Source: an uncultured bacterium
GTDB lineage: Bacteria; Omnitrophota; Omnitrophia; Omnitrophales; Abzuiibacteriaceae
Assembly: GCA_964387845.1 (NCBI GenBank)
Contig: CAYLXA010000002.1
Span: 192,001-256,000, forward strand
Length of the DNA stretch: 64,000 nt
Direction of reading: 5' to 3'
Shown: positions 62,146-64,000 of the stretch, in pieces
How positions within the stretch are numbered: position 1 is the first letter of the stretch
How the letters are laid out: every line of letters starts with the position of its first letter
Made by a program: the position numbers and the translations under genes
Notes under the pieces: generated by a model
What the model was told of the DNA's origin: nothing
Database searches by the model: none
Seen by the model: the letters and a program-made list of their open reading frames with translations, nothing else

Positions 62146-63518
62146 TTTTTCTCCTCGCTCTGAATTAAATCAATACCCGTAGCGCGTACTAAATCCGCAA
62201 AACTACTGACTGCTTCCGTATAAAAACGAATCTGCGTGAGTTTTGCGTTCAAATAAACGCGCTCACTGTCTAATAGATTCAAAAAATCCATTTTGCCAGC
62301 CTCATATCCTGCTTGATCGGCAGAGAGAGCAAGCTTGGCTTGAGGGATGACAGCGGTTTCATAAAGGTCTGAAATGTCGCTTGCTGCTTTGTATCTGTGA
62401 TAAGCGTCTTTGACTTCATAAAAGGTTGTGTTCTTAGCTTCCAGGAGTTTCGCTTGACTTGCTTCAAACATCTTTTGTGCTTCCTGAATTTCAGGAATAA
62501 TCCGGTTCTGCCAAATAGGAAGGTTAAACCGTATGGGAAACATCCAGCTATCCTTGCCGTCGTCAGGATCCTCGGTCATTCCGGAACCGACCTGCGTGTA
62601 TTCAAATCCGATATTGATATCCGGAATATTGGCAAGCTTGGCAAGCGTCTTCGCCTGTCCGCTTCGCGCCACCATGGCTTCCATTTCTTTGATTTCTTGG
62701 CGATTTCGAACCGCCAAATTTACAAGCTCTACCAAAGATTGTTTTAAAACCGGCTTTTCGGGAGTGTTCGGAGAACCTAACGAAAGCATCGGATCACGGT
62801 CTAAAAGAGCATTGATCATTGCAGTGGTCGTTTCCCGTTCCCGTTTGAGCATAAATAATTTCTCCAATGTCATTGAGACTTCGGCTTGAGCTTTCGCCAC
62901 ATCGCGCTGAGCGCCTGACAGATTGGAATAGCGCGCCTCGGCCACGCTTTCAAATTTCTTGAGAAGCTCCTTGACCTCCTCAATGGTTTGAAGCGATTGA
63001 TCGACATAATAAAGTTCGCTGTAAAGCTTAGTGAGTTGATTGATCACATCGCGCTGCACGGCAAGATACTTTTGATATTTTGCACGTGCCTCTTCATTTG
63101 CCATTTTTCCTTTCTTAACCAGCTTCAAGGGAAAGGGCATCTCCTGCGAAACCATAACCCTGTTTTCTTGAGGCCCGACTCGCGTCTCGACCATTTCCCC
63201 CATCAGGTCAAAACCTGCCATCGGATCCGGAAGCGCAGAATCGATCCAAATTCTTTTTTTGGCGGCAAGCCATTCGGCATGAGCGGCCACAATTCCGGGA
63301 TTTTTTTCTCTGGCCATTTTGATCAAATCAGGCAGAAGTAAAACCAATTCCGCCGGTGCTTTTTCTGTCGGAGGAATCTCTGGCGCTTGAGTTTCTTGGG
63401 CATGGGTGGCTGCGGCGAAGTTCATCGCTAAGATGAAGAACAGAAAGTATTTAAAAAAAATCCGCCTCGATCTTTTCTCACAACCCGCTTTTTTTAGATT
63501 AACCATAAATGATTCCAC
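62142..63518 (-). CDS. cusC: TolC-family outer-membrane efflux protein (CusC-like)
   Basis: Signal peptide and two OEP repeats; first gene of the cusCBA-ordered operon; its stop overlaps the cusB start by 4 nt. Confidence 0.8.
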   Translation of the reverse strand: MESFMVNLKKAGCEKRSRRIFFKYFLFFILAMNFAAATHAQETQAPEIPPTEKAPAELVLLLPDLIKMAREKNPGIVAAHAEWLAAKKRIWIDSALPDPMAGFDLMGEMVETRVGPQENRVMVSQEMPFPLKLVKKGKMANEEARAKYQKYLAVQRDVINQLTKLYSELYYVDQSLQTIEEVKELLKKFESVAEARYSNLSGAQRDVAKAQAEVSMTLEKLFMLKRERETTTAMINALLDRDPMLSLGSPNTPEKPVLKQSLVELVNLAVRNRQEIKEMEAMVARSGQAKTLAKLANIPDINIGFEYTQVGSGMTEDPDDGKDSWMFPIRFNLPIWQNRIIPEIQEAQKMFEASQAKLLEAKNTTFYEVKDAYHRYKAASDISDLYETAVIPQAKLALSADQAGYEAGKMDFLNLLDSERVYLNAKLTQIRFYTEAVSSFADLVRATGIDLIQSEEKK

Positions 63519-63608
63519 ACCTTAATCCTAACGAACAAGAAAAAGCATCGTACCAAAGAATAAAAGCATAATTAACGTGAGGATGTTAAAGAATCCAGTC
63601 CTGTGGAT

Positions 63609-63926
63609 TCACTCTTTGCTCCTCTCACTGAGCATGACAAACAATTTCCCATTCGTCCTTAGCATCAGCACATGTCCTTCCCGGCAGAGCCATCCCAAAG
63701 CCATAAGAGTAATTACCCGATTCTGTGACAGGCGGCTTGTCAGCAATGAAAACTCAAGCGGGTCTTCCTCATCCAGGACAGTCCAGATTTCACCGGCAGC
63801 AATACCGATCTTTGTAATTGTGGAAGTATCTGAAAAAATCCTTACGTTCATTTCTTGAAGAACGCTTGACAATTCTGATTTTGTGGCAACAAAAGTTTCC
63901 GTTATCATATTCGCCTCCTGAAGCAA
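63609..63926 (-). CDS. Small winged-helix protein (DUF2582-like), paralog B, immediately upstream of cusCBA
   Basis: IGIAAGEIWTVLDEEDPLEF...LMALGWLCREGHVLM aligns with paralog A. The true start may be an internal Met (e.g. MNVRIF at ~63851). Confidence 0.45.
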   Translation of the reverse strand: MLQEANMITETFVATKSELSSVLQEMNVRIFSDTSTITKIGIAAGEIWTVLDEEDPLEFSLLTSRLSQNRVITLMALGWLCREGHVLMLRTNGKLFVMLSERSKE

Positions 63927-64000
63927 TTACGCTTCCATGCCGGCCATGTTCATTTGTTTCATCGATTCCTGAAGTTTGGCGTGCAGCTGTGCTAAGTATT
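63927..64000 (-). CDS. 3' end of an unidentified gene that runs off the window end (C-terminus ...YLAQLHAKLQESMKQMNMAGMEA*)
   Basis: Open minus-strand frame ending at a TAA at 63927..63929; it is followed by an AGGAGG Shine-Dalgarno for the downstream gene. Confidence 0.25.
   Translation of the reverse strand, partial: YLAQLHAKLQESMKQMNMAGMEA

Noticed and set aside
1-64000. CRISPR arrays, IS elements, rRNA genes
   Set aside because: I scanned for regularly spaced direct repeats, terminal inverted repeats flanking transposase-like ORFs, and rRNA-like conserved stretches, and found none. The only repeats are the tRNA-Val 3' duplication and the TATCAC motif cluster.
1-64000. Near-total minus-strand coding bias as a sign of an inverted or misassembled segment
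   Set aside because: Operon structure, overlaps and terminators are all internally consistent on the minus strand. Strong strand bias is normal for one replichore in many bacteria, so the window is probably just presented in reverse orientation relative to replication.

Overview
This 64-kb bacterial chromosomal window is almost entirely coding, and the coding is on the minus strand. The only clear plus-strand gene is a tetratricopeptide-repeat (TPR) protein at 50525..51070; most plus-strand ORFs in the track look like antisense artefacts. All calls are made by eye from motifs and gene order; no database search was run.

The main blocks, from low to high coordinates, are:
- **Start of window:** a partial transporter, three small hypothetical genes and RNase G.
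- **Type IV pilus locus (3.0-17.9 kb):** pilMNOPQ, a TPR membrane protein that may be a glycosyltransferase, pilA with a candidate sigma54 promoter, pilSR, pilC, two PilB/GspE-type ATPases, and a standalone GspE N-terminal-domain protein that carries the tandem cyclic-di-GMP-binding motif.
- **Housekeeping (18-29 kb):** thpR, cinA, pgpA, pgsA, rimO, tRNA-Gly(CCC), thiE, the ADP-heptose genes gmhA and the rfaE2-like adenylyltransferase domain, a phosphofructokinase of the pyrophosphate-dependent type, and accBC.
- **Candidate cyclic-di-GMP / sigma54 regulatory module (30.2-33.2 kb):** two tandem paralogs that each fuse an N-terminal STAS domain (anti-sigma-factor-antagonist fold) to a C-terminal PilZ domain, next to a sigma54 activator that lacks any sensory domain. 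A good -24/-12 promoter sits in front of the first paralog, and a clear intrinsic terminator follows the second.
- **rarA, a LytS/LytTR two-component pair, and the conserved thrS-infC-rpmI-rplT-pheST cluster.** infC starts with AUU.
- **A 1582-aa signal-peptide protein with one transmembrane helix and a protein-kinase-like catalytic motif set (42.7-47.4 kb).**
- **tRNA-Val(GAC) with a 39-bp direct duplication of its 3' end and flank about 185 bp away,** which may be a relic of an integrative-element attachment site.
- **A response-regulator pseudogene** with two one-base insertions in homopolymer runs.
- **Copper/silver resistance region (51.5-63.9 kb):** cusCBA, several secreted cysteine/histidine-rich proteins, proteins carrying the YHS metal-binding domain (including one fused to a Rossmann-fold domain), two small winged-helix DUF2582-like paralogs, a second phosphofructokinase of the ATP-dependent type, and a glycogen-binding-domain protein.

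No CRISPR array, IS element or integrase was seen.
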